Below, in pieces: positions 50,590-63,159 of a stretch of DNA of 64,000 bases. The notes under the pieces are model-generated. The model had not been told where the DNA came from and did not search any database. It saw only the letters and a list, made by a program, of their open reading frames with translations. Source of the DNA: Callorhinchus milii (lineage: Eukaryota). The translations under genes and the position numbers were made by a program. Each line of letters begins with the position of its first letter. Positions within the stretch are counted from its first letter, which is position 1. The stretch covers positions 85,872,001 through 85,936,000 of the forward strand of contig NW_024704742.1 of the NCBI RefSeq assembly GCF_018977255.1. Direction: 5' to 3'.

Positions 50590-51360
50590 GTACTGCAGTT
50601 AGAGTATTGTGAATAGTTTTGAAACTTCACTTTAGGAAAGATGTCATGGACACTGAGAGGATGAGAGATTTATGAGGTTAATACCAGGGATGAGTGGTTT
50701 CGATCTATTAGCAATGACTAGAACAATGGTGGCCAACCTGTGGCCCCCAGGGACGTAATGAAGTGCCTCCCGAACATTTGCATGAGTCTTAGGTAAGTCT
50801 GTGTTCGATCGCCAGTGTGTTTTCTTGATTGATAAATCCCCAGACACCATAACGCTGTACGGCAGATCCGACGAAGATGAGGAGATGCTGGTGAGGAGAT
50901 ATTTAAGGCATAAGTTAAGAAATACTCAATGACGAAAATTAATTTTGTTGGCTAACTATTAAGGTCTGATTTCACTGGAACTGGGAAGGTTGAGCGGAAA
51001 CCTATGGGGCTTTGGCAGTCGATGGTGAGAAATTATTTTAAAGGGTTGGTCAGTCAGTGATTCAAGGGCATGGTTAGTAAGGGAGCAAAGGTGGAGATAG
51101 GAAGATTTGTTTTACGCAATGAGAGTTTTGGTTTGTGGAATGTCCTACTAGGAGGGGTGGTTGAGAATAGAAAGATACAATCCATATTACTTTCGAGTGG
51201 GATCTAGCAAGATATCTTAAATGAAATAATTTGCAGGGGATTGGGGGAAAAGGCAGGTAAGTGGACTGAATGGATTCTTCTTTCAAAGAGCCAAGACAGA
51301 CACGATGATCTGAATACAATAATAATAATGGCCTTCTTCTGTGCTGTAAAGCTATGGAAT
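50590..51360 (+). mobile_element. Old CR1 3' remnant interrupted by a hAT-like fragment (~50724-50965)
   Basis: tttaggaaagatgtc...ataccagggatga on the left; tttacgcaatgagagt...gtggaatg...ctttcaaagagcc...ggccttcttctgtgctgtaa on the right. Confidence 0.65.
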
Positions 51361-51691
51361 GCTTACTTTGCATTTCCAGCCTTGCGTGACAAATTGATAA
51401 ACCTGGGAACTTAGCTACTTGTTGCTGGGGATGTACATCTGCATCAGTGTGGGTAGTTGGCTTGTGTATGTGTGTGAATTGTGGGTATGCAATGTTCTAC
51501 TGTACATGGAAATTCACGCTCGAGAACAACAACGCCACCAAGTGGTTAGTTGGAGAGTCTTAACTATGAAACTGGACATACAGCTCACGAGCAGCCCCGG
51601 CTGATGTTCATCATGTTAAACATTAACAAGCACGGTCCTTCTGCGGAAAGGTCATTCCATTATTTACTTTTTGTCTTATTTTCTCGGACAG

Positions 51692-51861
51692 GCAAGCGTG
51701 GGCCCTGGTGAGTGTTATTCACGGTGGTAACCGGTCCTGTAATGAAGCAGTTCGAAACTACGAGAACCACGACACCGGGGGGAAGGCAGTCGCTCGCAAG
51801 GAGTTTTTCACTGTGGATGGAGTGAAGTTTGTCGTGTCTGCCTCCAGCGAATGGGAAAATG
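51692..51861 (+). CDS. CEMIP2: CEMIP2 coding exon 4, 170 bp
   Basis: ttttctcggacag|...G|gtactg; QAWALVSVIHGGNRSCNEAVRNYENHDTGGKAVARKEFFTVDGVKFVVSASSEWEN. Confidence 0.93.
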
Positions 51862-53016
51862 GTACTGAAAGAGATTTTTCTGATGTTAAACTGAGTTTCC
51901 ATCTGCCTGTTCAGGTGGATGTTAAAAGATCCTATGACACGAAAAGAAAAGGGAGTTTCTCTTTCCCGGTGTCCTGGCCACCGACAATCCCCCAGATACA
52001 ATGATACAGAGTCTGGGGTATTTGTGTAGAAATTTCCCTTCAGCAGAATAAATGGTTTTGGGATTCCAGGTTAAGATATAATTTTGCCATTTATTTATAT
52101 TGTGCCTTGAGATGACCTGATGATCCACAAATCGGAGATTTTAGCTTCCTGCGATAAACAAAAGCTGCCTTCCAGGTCATCAGGTTGCGCACTGATTGTA
52201 ACTTCCTGCTTTGCACATGCACAGAAAATAGAAAGTGGTGCCATAGTGTCCTGCTGACTCCCTTTTTAACGTGAATGCACATTTGGAGAGTCAAATCTCA
52301 CAATAACATGGGCTGCGATTTTATGGATCCCAATGTTCCATTTTTGACTAAGATGACTACTTTATGGGCATGTTTTACTTCCCCACAAAGTGTCTGACAT
52401 TTGCTAAAACTGCACCAGTTTTGCAGTGTGCATATTCTTCACGTGGGCATTACACAAGCAATGGTTGTCAAACCGTCAGCCTGGCTCAATTGGTAGCACT
52501 CTCCCCTCTGATTCAGAAGATTGTGGGTTCAAATCCCACATTGGATTCTTTAAGTTCAATCCAGGCTGACACTCCAATGCCCTGCTGGGAGGGTTGGGGC
52601 TGCAATAACTTTCTCTTTTTCTTATTTTTTCCCCTGCTCTTCCAATGGCACTGACTTGTGTTAGGTGCAGTTGTTTAATTTATGGGTTCGGATGTGCAGT
52701 GTATTTTTCTAAACACTTAAAAATTCTACACGTAGCAACAAACCCTTATTCAGAGGCCCAATTTATATAAAAGCTATTTTGCCCCAGCCCCCTGAATACT
52801 TACTGAAGACGGGTTTGACTGTCGTAACATTGTGCAGCTCAGTAGTTATAGAGCTATTTCAGATTTGTATCTCACCACTTTACAGTCTTTTTCGATTATC
52901 TTATCCAGTTTTCATTTAATTTAAACTCTTGGCATATGAGCAGTTTCTAAATGACTTTAGAAGGAAGAACAGTTACCAGTGTTGTTGTATGAGTAACGGT
53001 GTCTCTCCTGGACCAG

Positions 53017-53205
53017 GCTTGCCTATCTCGGATTTCCGGGTGGAGGTATCTGACGGCATTGTCCTGGACCTGCTGGATGAGGTGGAAGGCTGGAGAGAGG
53101 ATGACAAAATCGTTATTGCCAGCACTGACTATTCCATGTACCAAGCCGAGGAATTCACTCTCCTCGCCTGTCCCGAGTGTAGCAGCCGTCAGGTCAAAGT
53201 CAAAG
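53017..53205 (+). CDS. CEMIP2: CEMIP2 coding exon 5, 189 bp
   Basis: ctcctggaccag|...G|gtcggt; GLPISDFRVEVSDGIVLDLLDEVEGWREDDKIVIASTDYSMYQAEEFTLLACPECSSRQVKVK. Confidence 0.93.
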
Positions 53206-53991
53206 GTCGGTCAAAGTGATTTTGGACAATCCATCCATTACTGTAACTATTTGTCTGAAAGATTGGGGCATAAGTTTTCAGACAGTATCAATTTTAAGCT
53301 AAAAAAGCATGCTCCCGACACAGGAGGTGCAGAATAACAGACTGTTCAATATTACAACTTCATAATAGAATTATTTAGAAGCCTGGGCATTGAAGCTTTT
53401 TTTTCTCTTGTTTCTTGCCTACTCTCCCAAGGGCACTGACTTGTGTTGGGTGCAGTTGTACGGGAGCCTGGCTTGTGTGTCAGCCTGGCTCAGTTGGAGG
53501 CACTCTTGCCTCTGAATCAAAAGATTGTTGGTTTAAGCCCTATGTCAGGTTCTTGGAACTCATATAGTCCAGGCTGACTCTCCAGTGCAGTGTTGGGGGG
53601 TGCTGTGTTTTGGAGGTGGTTTGTGGAACATTGCTGTGTGCAAATTAGCTGCCAAACTCATCCACAACACAGTCACTGCACTTTACTGTATATCCCGTAT
53701 CCTGACATAAGAAGTGCTACACCAACTGTAAGGATTCTTATTGTTATTATACCAGCGGCCTTTCCTCATGTGACCCTTGTAATCGAGTGTTGGGCGAGTT
53801 ATCCAACTGTGATAAAGGGATGGAGCATAAAAAACAATGCCCCTTCCCCATCCACAACTGACATTCAGACGTGTACTGGAGCAAGTGGGGGTGGGGGGTG
53901 GGGGTCAGTAGTTTATTTGTGACCTGCTGTAGCTAAAATTACTGTCTGCGCTTGTTTAATATCAACGCTTCTTTATTGCCTCCCTGTGCAG

Positions 53992-54161
53992 AACAACCCA
54001 AATTTATTCACATTGGAGAGATTATGAATGGGGTGGATATGAGGGCGGAGGTAGGAATTTTAACCAGGAACATTGTCATCGAGGGGGAGATGGAGGGGTC
54101 ATGCTACAGCAATAACCAGTGCCAGTTCTTTAAACAAGACACCTTCGGTGGACATCTAAAG
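53992..54161 (+). CDS. CEMIP2: CEMIP2 coding exon 6, 170 bp
   Basis: ccctgtgcag|...AAG|gtacgt; EQPKFIHIGEIMNGVDMRAEVGILTRNIVIEGEMEGSCYSNNQCQFFKQDTFGGHLK. Confidence 0.95.
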
Positions 54162-55209
54162 GTACGTCTTGCTGACTCTCGAGCATAATTAGAATATAAC
54201 CTGTGAAGTAAAATACCTTGAAGGTTTTACCAAGACTCCAAAATATTTTCTGTCTAAGGTTGTATAGGGTATCATGATACCATTACGATGTCTAATAAGT
54301 CTTAAAGAAAATGATGATATATACATTTTTAGATAATAGGATAGATATCATTACTTTTTGGTCACCCTGTATTTCCACTGTTTTTTAGTAGAAACTAGTA
54401 GAATGCATTACAAAATTCCCATAGGAAAGTTTGTCTACAGCCAACAACTCTCACTGAATTGCCACAAAACACACAGTCACTACAGTTTACGGTATGTCCG
54501 ATGAAGTGATTTGAGACATCCTCCTGACGTGAAAGGAGCTATACCAAATGTGAGGATTACCATATAAAGGTTTACCACCTCCAGTTCATTTATTTAGGAA
54601 ATTCAATAATAATCCTTACATTTAATATAGCACCTTTCACATCAGGAGGATTTCTCAAAGCACTTTACAGGGCTTACTGTAAAGTCTAGTGACTGTATTC
54701 TGCAGGTGGAACAGAAGTAGACCATTCAGCCCCACTGAGCCTAATGGAAGTCTTTTTAATCTATTCTCCGTGTCTCTTAGTATCTGTCTCTCATTGGAGA
54801 TAAACAGAGAAACCGAATCCTATAGACTTGGGATAGAGAAGGGAATGAAATGAAAAATGCAGCATAAATTAGTAGATCCCTTCAGTATTAAATATAAAAT
54901 ACCCAGACTTGCTGGAGACCCCTCTTCTCTTGCCCCCTTCCCTACACTCCGAAGTGGTCTCAATGCCGTGCCCTGAATTCCAGGTTGTATATTTGTCTCT
55001 GGCTTTAGAACAAATCTCACCGTTAATCTCCTGAAATTTGTTTTTAACATACCTGTGTATTTAGATGGATCACTTACAAAACAGTTGCTACACTTTATAG
55101 TAAATCCGGCAAAGTGTTTTGAAACATCCTCCCAGTGTGAAAGCAGGTATATCAAATGCAAGTATAATTATTAGAGATGCGTGTAATTTATTTTGTTTGT
55201 TTGTTGAAG

Positions 55210-55419
55210 GTTTTGAGGAATTTCACGTCTGTCCACGTCTCCAACGTGGAGTTAACCCGCATGGGTCAGCAGGTGCTGGGCAGTTACCCCGTGCACTTTC
55301 ACCGCTGTGGGGATGTGGATGAAGTGGGGGGTTACAGGTCACCCACGTACCTGAACAGCCTGGCCATCCACCACTGCTTCTCCAGATGTGTCGCGGTGCA
55401 CACCACCAATGGCCTGTTG
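55210..55419 (+). CDS. CEMIP2: CEMIP2 coding exon 7 (gene exon 8), 210 bp
   Basis: ttgttgaag|...TTG|gtaagt; VLRNFTSVHVSNVELTRMGQQVLGSYPVHFHRCGDVDEVGGYRSPTYLNSLAIHHCFSRCVAVHTTNGLL (PbH1 region). Confidence 0.95.
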
Positions 55420-55479
55420 GTAAGTGTTCCCTGCCAGAGGTTGTGGAGAGTGGTTGAACTGTTTGGTAATATACAATAC

Positions 55480-55695
55480 AAATTTATGCTTATACAGTGG
55501 CTTTCTCGTTGGGAGGTCGTCCCAAGGTGCTGGACAGTAGATGCTTTGCACCCGAGCTGTGGTGGGGTGGGGAAGATGGTCACGGATGGGGCAAGACCAT
55601 GGAAGGATTTGAAGTTTAGGATAAGGATCTTGAACTTGATCCACTGGGAGATGGGGAGTCAGTGGAGCCTGGTGAGGATGGGGGTGATAATCTCG
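55480..55695 (-). mobile_element. L2 remnant
   Basis: ggatcttgaacttgatccactgggagatggggagtcagtggagcctgg plus tail. Confidence 0.7.
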
Positions 55696-55744
55696 CAGAG
55701 TGTAATGCGGAAGAGGATAATCTGGATAATCTGGAGTTTTCTTT

Positions 55745-56110
55745 ACATAGAATATACAAGCCATTCAGCCCAACTGGTCAGTGCTGGTGTTTATGCTTCA
55801 CATGAGCCTCCTCCTGCTCTCCCTCAACTAAACCTTCAAGCATAACCTTCTATTCCTTTCTCCCTCATGTACCTATCCAGCTTCCCCTTAAATACATCTA
55901 TGCTATTCGCCTCAAAATACCCAGACTTGCTGGAGCTCTCTGTTCTCTTGCCCCCTCCCCCACACTCCGACAGTGTTCTCAATGCTGTGCCCTGTATGTA
56001 TTTGTCTCTGGCTTTCGAACAAATCTCACTGTTAATCTCCTGAAGTTCCAGATTCCCACCACTCTCTGAGTAAAGAAGTTTCTTCTGACTTTCCTATTTG
56101 ATTTATTGGG
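55745..56110 (-). mobile_element. CR1-type 3' fragment interrupted by a local duplication (55914-56044)
   Basis: catagaat..gccattcagccc tail; resumes with gttccagattcccaccactctctgagtaaagaagtttc. Confidence 0.7.
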
Positions 56111-56419
56111 AAGGAACATATTTGTCGAATCCAGACCCTTTTTAAACACAGCAATAAACTTCTCAGTTCCACTAAGCGGATTGTAGATGTACGAAAAGTG
56201 GAGTCTACTTTAATTCTACAAGGTTTGAGCGTTCCAGGTTTTCTCGAGCAGATTAATGGATTAACTTTCATAATTGCGAGGCTCCGGGAAATCTGTTTGA
56301 TGCCAAGAATTACTTTCAAGGTCACTATCTAAATTTAAACCTAAAGCAGAAAGAAAACCAAACTGTCAACCTCTCACTTGGTTGTCATATGATTTGCGAC
56401 TAGGGCCCTCTGCCTCCTC

Positions 56420-57285
56420 GTTCTTGACGATCTCTCCCTGTGCTTGGCTTCTCCTCTGGCACTCGCACAGTCACATGCGGCGTTCCTCAGGGCTGTATCC
56501 TCGGTCCTCTCCTCTTTACTATCTATCTGCTCGGCGATGTCATCCGCAGACAGGGGGTTAACTTCCGCTTGTGTACAGTTGACATCAAACTCTATCTCTG
56601 CCTTCACTCTCAATCCCAGGACTACAACAACAACAATTTGCACTTGTATAGAGTCCTCCACGCAGGGTGGCATCTCAGAGCGCTCAGACTACTGCTGTTC
56701 TGACCAATTGCCTGTTAAATATCAAGTTCTGGATGAGAGCTAACCTTCTTTAGTTGAATGTTGACAAGACGGAGGCTTTCCTGCTTAGCTTGTGTCAAAG
56801 CCAGGCATTGATAGCATCGTCCTGCATGGCTGCATATTCCACCTCGTGATGCCAGTGCACAACCTTGGTGTTTTGTTAGACTCCCGACTGTGCTTTAAAC
56901 CCCACATCCGTTCTCTGACCCACCTCTGTAACATTGCCCGCCTCCTCCACTAACTCCCCTCAGGCCTCCAAGGCTCATCCATGCATTTATTATGTCCAAG
57001 CTTGACTACACCCACTGTCTGCTCATCCTTTCCGCAGCCTATCACTCCCATCCTCACTTGGCTCCATTGGCTCCCCATCTCCCTGCAGATTGAGTTCAAG
57101 ATCCTAATTCACATCTTCAAATCCCTCCATGGTCTTGCCCATCCCCACCACTGGGCTTTCTTCAACCATCTGTAGTTGTAACCTCCCCACTCTCATCAGT
57201 GCTCAGGTGCCCATCGAAGGCTATGAAGTGCTTTGAGACGTCCTCCTGACATGAAAGGCATTAGGCAAATGCAAATTGTATCATA
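56420..57285 (+). mobile_element. Degraded L2 RT fragment
   Basis: VTCGVPQGCILGPLLFTIYL..; PITPILTWLHWLPISLQIEFKIL..KSLHGLA; interrupted at ~56623-56690 by an inverted L2 tail. Confidence 0.85.
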
Positions 57286-57484
57286 TTTAAAATAACAATT
57301 GTACCGTAGAAGTCTGACACGGGAGGAGATTGTTCAACTCATTATGTTAGTCCCTGAGCCTATCAGCCCATGCTTGGGGATAGGGAGGGGAAATGTGTGT
57401 GTATATGTGTGGGGGTGGGGTGTTGGGAAATGACAAAACTGCGGTTGCCACATGAAAACTAGTCTTTATATGTGTTTTGCACAG

Positions 57485-57690
57485 ATAAAGGACACGATTG
57501 GTTATGACACAATGGGCCACTGCTTTTTCCTGGAGGATGGTATTGAGGAAAGGAATATTCTTTACCACAACCTGGGCCTGCTCACCAAACCCGGCACCAT
57601 CCTGCCAACTGACAGGGATCAATTCTTCTGCACCGAGATTCTCGATAAAGTCTACGGAAAGTACATTCCCGTTCCAGCCGCTGACTGCAA
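57485..57690 (+). CDS. CEMIP2: CEMIP2 coding exon 8, 206 bp
   Basis: ttttgcacag|...AA|gtaaat; IKDTIGYDTMGHCFFLEDGIEERNILYHNLGLLTKPGTILPTDRDQFFCTEILDKVYGKYIPVPAADCK. Confidence 0.95.
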
Positions 57691-58199
57691 GTAAATGTTA
57701 TACAAATTTCATATATCTATATATCCCACTGGTATCATGTCTCCTTTACTGCATGCTGAAAAGACCTTTTATACCGAGAAACTATACCTATGATCTGCTA
57801 TGTTACCCACATTGATGTGGAAAGAGCCTAAATGGCCTAGATTTTTATGATGCCCACAGAACGTGTGTTCCACTGTCACGTTTGAGAAGTGATTGACATA
57901 TCTCTGTGGCAAAGTAGCTTGAAGACTTTGTGGTCAGTTTACTCGATCAGCTATTTTGTGATCTCTCAGAGCGTGTACTGTGATGTGCTGTAATGTGAAG
58001 CAGGATACAGTGGTATGGTAGGAGAAACCTGGTTGTGAATTTTATAAACTGCAGGCTCCGATGGCCAGTATGTTTTTTGAAGGTTATCTGAGCGCTGATT
58101 TAAGAAAATATTGAATCACGCTTTTGGATTTCACACTTTTTTGCTGAAGAGTTGCCGAGAAGCTACAATTAGTTTTTAAAGCATAGTTTTTAAAGCCAA

Positions 58200-58382
58200 T
58201 TCAGATTCCATAACTTTCAAAAGGGATTTGGATATGTGCTTGAAAAGAACAAAATTTCAAGGCTATGCGGTAAGAGTGGAGAAGTGGGACTAATTTGATA
58301 GCTCATTCAAAGAGCCGACACAGGCATGGTGGGCTGAATGGCCTCCTTCTGCACTGTGGGATTCAACGATTCATGATTCATG
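58200..58382 (+). mobile_element. CR1 3' tail fragment
   Basis: ttcaaagagccgacacaggcatggtgggctgaatggcctccttctgcactgtg...ttcatgattcatga. Confidence 0.75.
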
Positions 58383-58440
58383 ACAAATAAGAGAACTTGG
58401 TGCGAGCCTGCTCCTGACTTGTGGCTTTCTCCTCCCTCAG

Positions 58441-58510
58441 GGCAGTCTCCACATTCTGGATTGCCAACCCCAACAATCACCTTATTAACAATGCAGCTGC
58501 TGGCTCACAG
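58441..58510 (+). CDS. CEMIP2: CEMIP2 coding exon 9, 70 bp
   Basis: cctccctcag|...CAG|gtaagt; AVSTFWIANPNNHLINNAAAGSQ. Confidence 0.95.
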
Positions 58511-60625
58511 GTAAGTGCCAACCGCAAGCCTGAACCACGCCTGGCAGCTTGGCAGTGATCCGAGGCACTGATGATGGTTCAACCAGACTTTGGGGCTGTA
58601 GATATTCCCACAGCCCTGAAGGGTAGATGGGATCTTACCTGCACAAGCATCATGCTGCCCTGTTGGCAATTTTGTTTGCATATAGCAAGTTTAGATTTAC
58701 ACTTGGTAGTTTTGCTAAGTGTCTTTTTATTTGGGTGGGTGTGGGTGGGAGGGGGCGTAGGAGAGGAATCCTGTAGTGTATAGGTTGGACCACTCAAAGC
58801 GAGAGGACCTGGGTTCGATTCTCGGGCAGGGCAAAACCTTAGGCAGGTTTTCTTACTCCACACATCAGTTTACCAAGCAGTAAGTAGGAACTCAATTGTT
58901 AGTCGATTGGTGAATCAGTTTTCTTGGGTAATAAACCTTTCAAAACAAAAAATAATAAAAATAATTTGGTCACTCAATCAACGACTGTTTGTGGTATACT
59001 GCTGTGCGCAATTGGTTGCCGTGTTTCACCCACAAAATGTACAGTCAAATTTACAGCATATTCTGTGAAGCTCTTTGAAATGTCTCAATGATGTGATAAA
59101 TCACAAGGATTATTATTATTACAAATGCAAGGATTATTATTAAGGAGGAGTGAAGTGAAAGTTTGCGTTGTGATTTTATAAAATCTTTCAGTTAGTGAAA
59201 CTAATGCAGGAGCCGAAGGGTAAATGAATAGGTGATGTTTCTGCTTCAGGCACGGAGAATTTTCCCTGGTTTGAGATGGCAAACTCCCTCTAACAAATAA
59301 TGTAGATACTCTCTCTGGAGCTCTGCATTGTTGGAGGTGCCACCCTTAGGACCTCAGCAAAACATCTGGTCCAGTCTGCCTGTTCAGGTGGATGTTGAAA
59401 GATCCCATGGCATTATTCAAAAAAAGAAGGGAGTTTCTCCAGTGTCTTGGCCAATAATCCCCCAAATAAAATTTGGGGATCGCTCACTTATTCCATGGCT
59501 GTTTGTGGGACATTGCTGTATGCAAATGGACAGTCGCATTTGCCAATAAAACCCATAATCACTATGCTTCATGGTAAATCCTGGTATTATATAGGTGACC
59601 CTATATAAATGCTATACAAATGCAAAGATTATTACTAATAGGGAATTATTAATGAACATCTAGTTTCTGTGTTACTGCAGCAGTTCTTCCCATAGTAGAG
59701 CAAGAATTCACATTTTTAGAGCTCTTTATAATGTTGAGATAATTTAAAGTACTTTGCAAGTAATCATGGTCAAGCATCGTGACTTTTTATAGGCAAACAC
59801 TGCAACCTGTGAATGTCCCACAAATGGCCTTGAAGTGAATAAGCAATTTATTGTTGGCCATAACCCTGGAACAAACTCCTGTCTCTTCAAATGATGACAT
59901 GGGACTTTTAGTGTTTGCCTGAACAGGCAGATGGGACCTCAGTTTAACGTCTCCTCTGAAGGATGACGGAGATGAATTCCGTTGTTTCATCCCACCCTCA
60001 GAACATCCAGTTAAATTGTGTCAAAAGATTAAAGCCTGCTCTATATAAGAAAATAGGCTAATTGCATTATAGGAATGGTGAGTCTGATTAAAATGAACCT
60101 GCTGTGCTAAATGCTTGTAATAATTAGAGCAGGCACTTTGGGAAAGTGATATGTCCAGGTGCCTTTTTTGCCTGGAGGACGTCTCAAAGCACATTACAGC
60201 ATATAGTGTAAAGTGTAGTTACCGTCGGTTTTGTAGGCACTTTCGCTGCTTTGTAAGTGAGTTGCAGCAGGAAATCTCACCCCATCGTTAGTTTTTCTGT
60301 TGTAAACCAATTTTCTCTTCTGAGAGGTGTTTGACTTCCCCAGTCCTCCCCTTCCCCCAGTTCCACATTAATAGAATATGCAGTCAATTCACTTTCCAGT
60401 ATATTCTGTGAAGCTCTTTGAGACGTCTCAAAGATGTGATAAGGTACTATATCAAATGCAAGGATTGTTATTGTTACTCGTGTCAGCTTTCTTGTGAGTG
60501 TTGGTGGCTGGTGGACTGTGAGAGCTGAGCTCAAGGCCAATGCATTCAGAGGGGAGGATTATACACTGAAAATTTTCTTTTGTTGTGCAAGCTGTAATGA
60601 TTCCTGTGTTCTTTGCAATGTTCAG

Positions 60626-60754
60626 GACACCGGGATCTGGTATCTGTTCCACAAGGTTCCCACCGGAGACTCCCATGGTCTGTACCCAGAAAACAAAGCA
60701 GAGCTTACTCCACTGGGGACCTTCTACAACAACAGGGTTCATTCTAACTTCAAA
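60626..60754 (+). CDS. CEMIP2: CEMIP2 coding exon 10, 129 bp
   Basis: atgttcag|...AAA|gtaagt; DTGIWYLFHKVPTGDSHGLYPENKAELTPLGTFYNNRVHSNFK. Confidence 0.95.
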
Positions 60755-61259
60755 GTAAGTCATTTATAACCTAACCTGCACTCTCTAGCTGCAAAACCAT
60801 TAGGGCTCCAGCTATGAGGCATTTGACATACAGGGACTGTAACAAATGGGAAGGATTATTTTAAAGTTACTTTTTTATGAAATTTATTACTGTATGGGTT
60901 GGTGTATTTGTGCCACTGAACCTCAAAGCATCCTTCTGCATAAGATTAATCATGTTGTTTGACACTTGTGGATTTGGTTATATTTCTCTAGACTGTTTAT
61001 TCTTGATGCTCTTCTTGTACAGAGTTTCCTCTTCCCCTTTCACCTCTTGCTTCACTTGTCTTCTCACGCTCTGAGATTAATGGTCAGATTTTGGATCCGA
61101 TCTATATATGAAGGAAGCTTCCTTTTGTATAATTGCTAAACACTTCAGTAAACGATTGTGTGAATGCTGTGCGATAATAATGCTTTAGGAACCAACAGGC
61201 TGTGGACAGACATTGTGCCTGTGTTGAGTTATAGTGATGTGATTTGTTCTGGTTGGCAG

Positions 61260-61348
61260 GCAGGATTGTTCATTGACAAGGGAGTGAAAACCACCAACGC
61301 CAGCGCTGATGACCCAAGGGAGTACCTGTGTTTAGATAACAGTGCCAG
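61260..61348 (+). CDS. CEMIP2: CEMIP2 coding exon 11, 89 bp
   Basis: ggttggcag|...AG|gtgaga; AGLFIDKGVKTTNASADDPREYLCLDNSAR. Confidence 0.95.
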
Positions 61349-62081
61349 GTGAGAGTACCGAGAAGTCATCGATCTGTGTGTCAGCTTGGCTCAGTGGTAG
61401 CATTCTCGTTTCTGAGTCACAATCCCATGTCAGGACTTTGAACTCACAGTCTAAGCTGACACTCCAATGCAGTGCTGGGCCTGTGCTGAATATCAGAGGT
61501 GCCATCCTTCCGATGAGACGTTAAACTAAGGTTTATTTAGTTTAGTTAGTTCAAGTGAGTGTTAAAGATCCCATGAAAAAAAGGGAGTTTTTCCCTGTGT
61601 CCTGGTCAACCATCTCCCAAAATAAAATTGGTCACTCACTCCATGGTGGATTGTAGGATACTGCTGTTGCATTCGTCTATATAATACAGTCACTCCACTT
61701 TACAGAATATCCTGTAAAATGCTTTGAGATGTTTCAACAACATGATAAGGCATATTGTAAAACATTACTAAGGCACTTTATAGGTGGGTAATTGTTATCT
61801 GACTGTTTAGTAACAGGAGGAGACTATTCAGCCATCCAGCTTGGTCCTCCATTATATTAGCTCATGGTAGTCTTTCTTAAATTCCATTTCTCAGCCTTTT
61901 CTCCATGTCCCTTTAACACCCTTACTTGACAAGTACCTGTATATCTCCATTTTAATCAGCCTCTTGGAGACAGAGCGATCCACATCTTCTTCACGGGCCT
62001 CTTGTGTGAAGACGTGTTTCCTGGCTCCTCTCGGCCTACTTTAGCTCTAATTGAATGTACACTTTTTGTGGCTGTTTTAAG

Positions 62082-62213
62082 GTTTCGGCCACACCAGGAC
62101 GCTGACCCCCAGAAGCCTCGAGTGGCTGCTCTCATCGACCGGCTCATCGCGTTTAAAAACAACGATCACGGAGCTTGGGTGAGGGGAGGTGACATTGTGT
62201 TCCAGGACTCTGG
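62082..62213 (+). CDS. CEMIP2: CEMIP2 coding exon 12, 132 bp
   Basis: ctgttttaag|...GG|gtaggt; FRPHQDADPQKPRVAALIDRLIAFKNNDHGAWVRGGDIVFQDSG. Confidence 0.95.
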
Positions 62214-63159
62214 GTAGGTGCTGCCTCCTCTCGGCTGTGGCTGATGAGAGGAGAAGGTTGTGAGACTCTGAGACTGCACTGATTTCAATAAAATCCCTTG
62301 GTTTTGCTCAGTAGTTATGCTCCTGATCTGGACAGCAGGTGCCAAGAATGGCCATCTGAGGCCATAGATTAGGATTGTTTTGATTGTGGAATCTCTGCCA
62401 AAACTTTCGTATTTTTTGTAAAAAAAACCTGAAAGCAACAATGTTCCTTTCATAAAGCGGCAGCGAGCATGGGTCAGCAGTCCTGAAATCTGGACCTGTT
62501 CTTAATCCCTCGTCCTGCTGAGTGTGTGGATGCTCAGTTTACACTGGCTTCAAGGGGATACGAAGCTGAAGCCTGCTCTGTTCAGTCAGCTCCCACTTCA
62601 CTCCTGTTTGACCCTCAGTGAGTTCAGCAAGTTCATGGGATGCCAATCAAATAGTGATGATAATAATTTGTGTGATATATCACCACGTCTCAATGTGCTT
62701 CACAGGTAATTATTATTAAGTGTTCTCCCTCCCACTCCAGGACTCATGGGGAATCCTGCTTTGAGCTAGATTTTCTTTTGAATGTTTGTGGGAAGTTTGC
62801 ACTGTGCAAATTAGCTGTTACATTCATCTGCAGAATATAGTCACTAGACTTTACAGTGAATCCTGTGAATCGCTTTGGGATGTTCTCCCGACTTGAAAGG
62901 CACTGGATCAAAAGTAAGGATTAGTATTATTAGTCAGAGGTGAGGTAAGAAAACCTTTCGGAAATACTGATTTCAAGCTCTCTCTGTGAATCCTAAATAC
63001 CTCAGTGAGAAAACCAAAACTGAGGTGGTGTCCTGTCTGGGTGCATCATGGAGTATGATAGTGTATAACCATGTTTATCATTTTATAGTATGATAGTGTG
63101 TGTATGGTACCGTGTAACCATGATGTATATTTACCTGCGTTTCTGATTTAATTTTTCAG

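Larger units (their letters stand above)
54896..56044. repeat. Direct repeat, 140/131 bp (54896-55035 / 55914-56044), flanking a CEMIP2 exon
   Basis: aaaatacccagacttgctggag...tttgtctctggcttt.gaacaaatctcac.gttaatctcctgaa occurs twice. Confidence 0.95.

Noticed and set aside
55177..55845. 222-aa ORF as an alternative C-terminus
   Set aside because: Beyond the consensus donor at 55420 it reads through antisense L2/CR1 remnants.
3634..56044. Local duplications as assembly artefacts
   Set aside because: Partners differ by ~4-10% or more with indels, and several interrupt older repeats coherently; artefactual copies would be near-identical. Read-level confirmation is still desirable.
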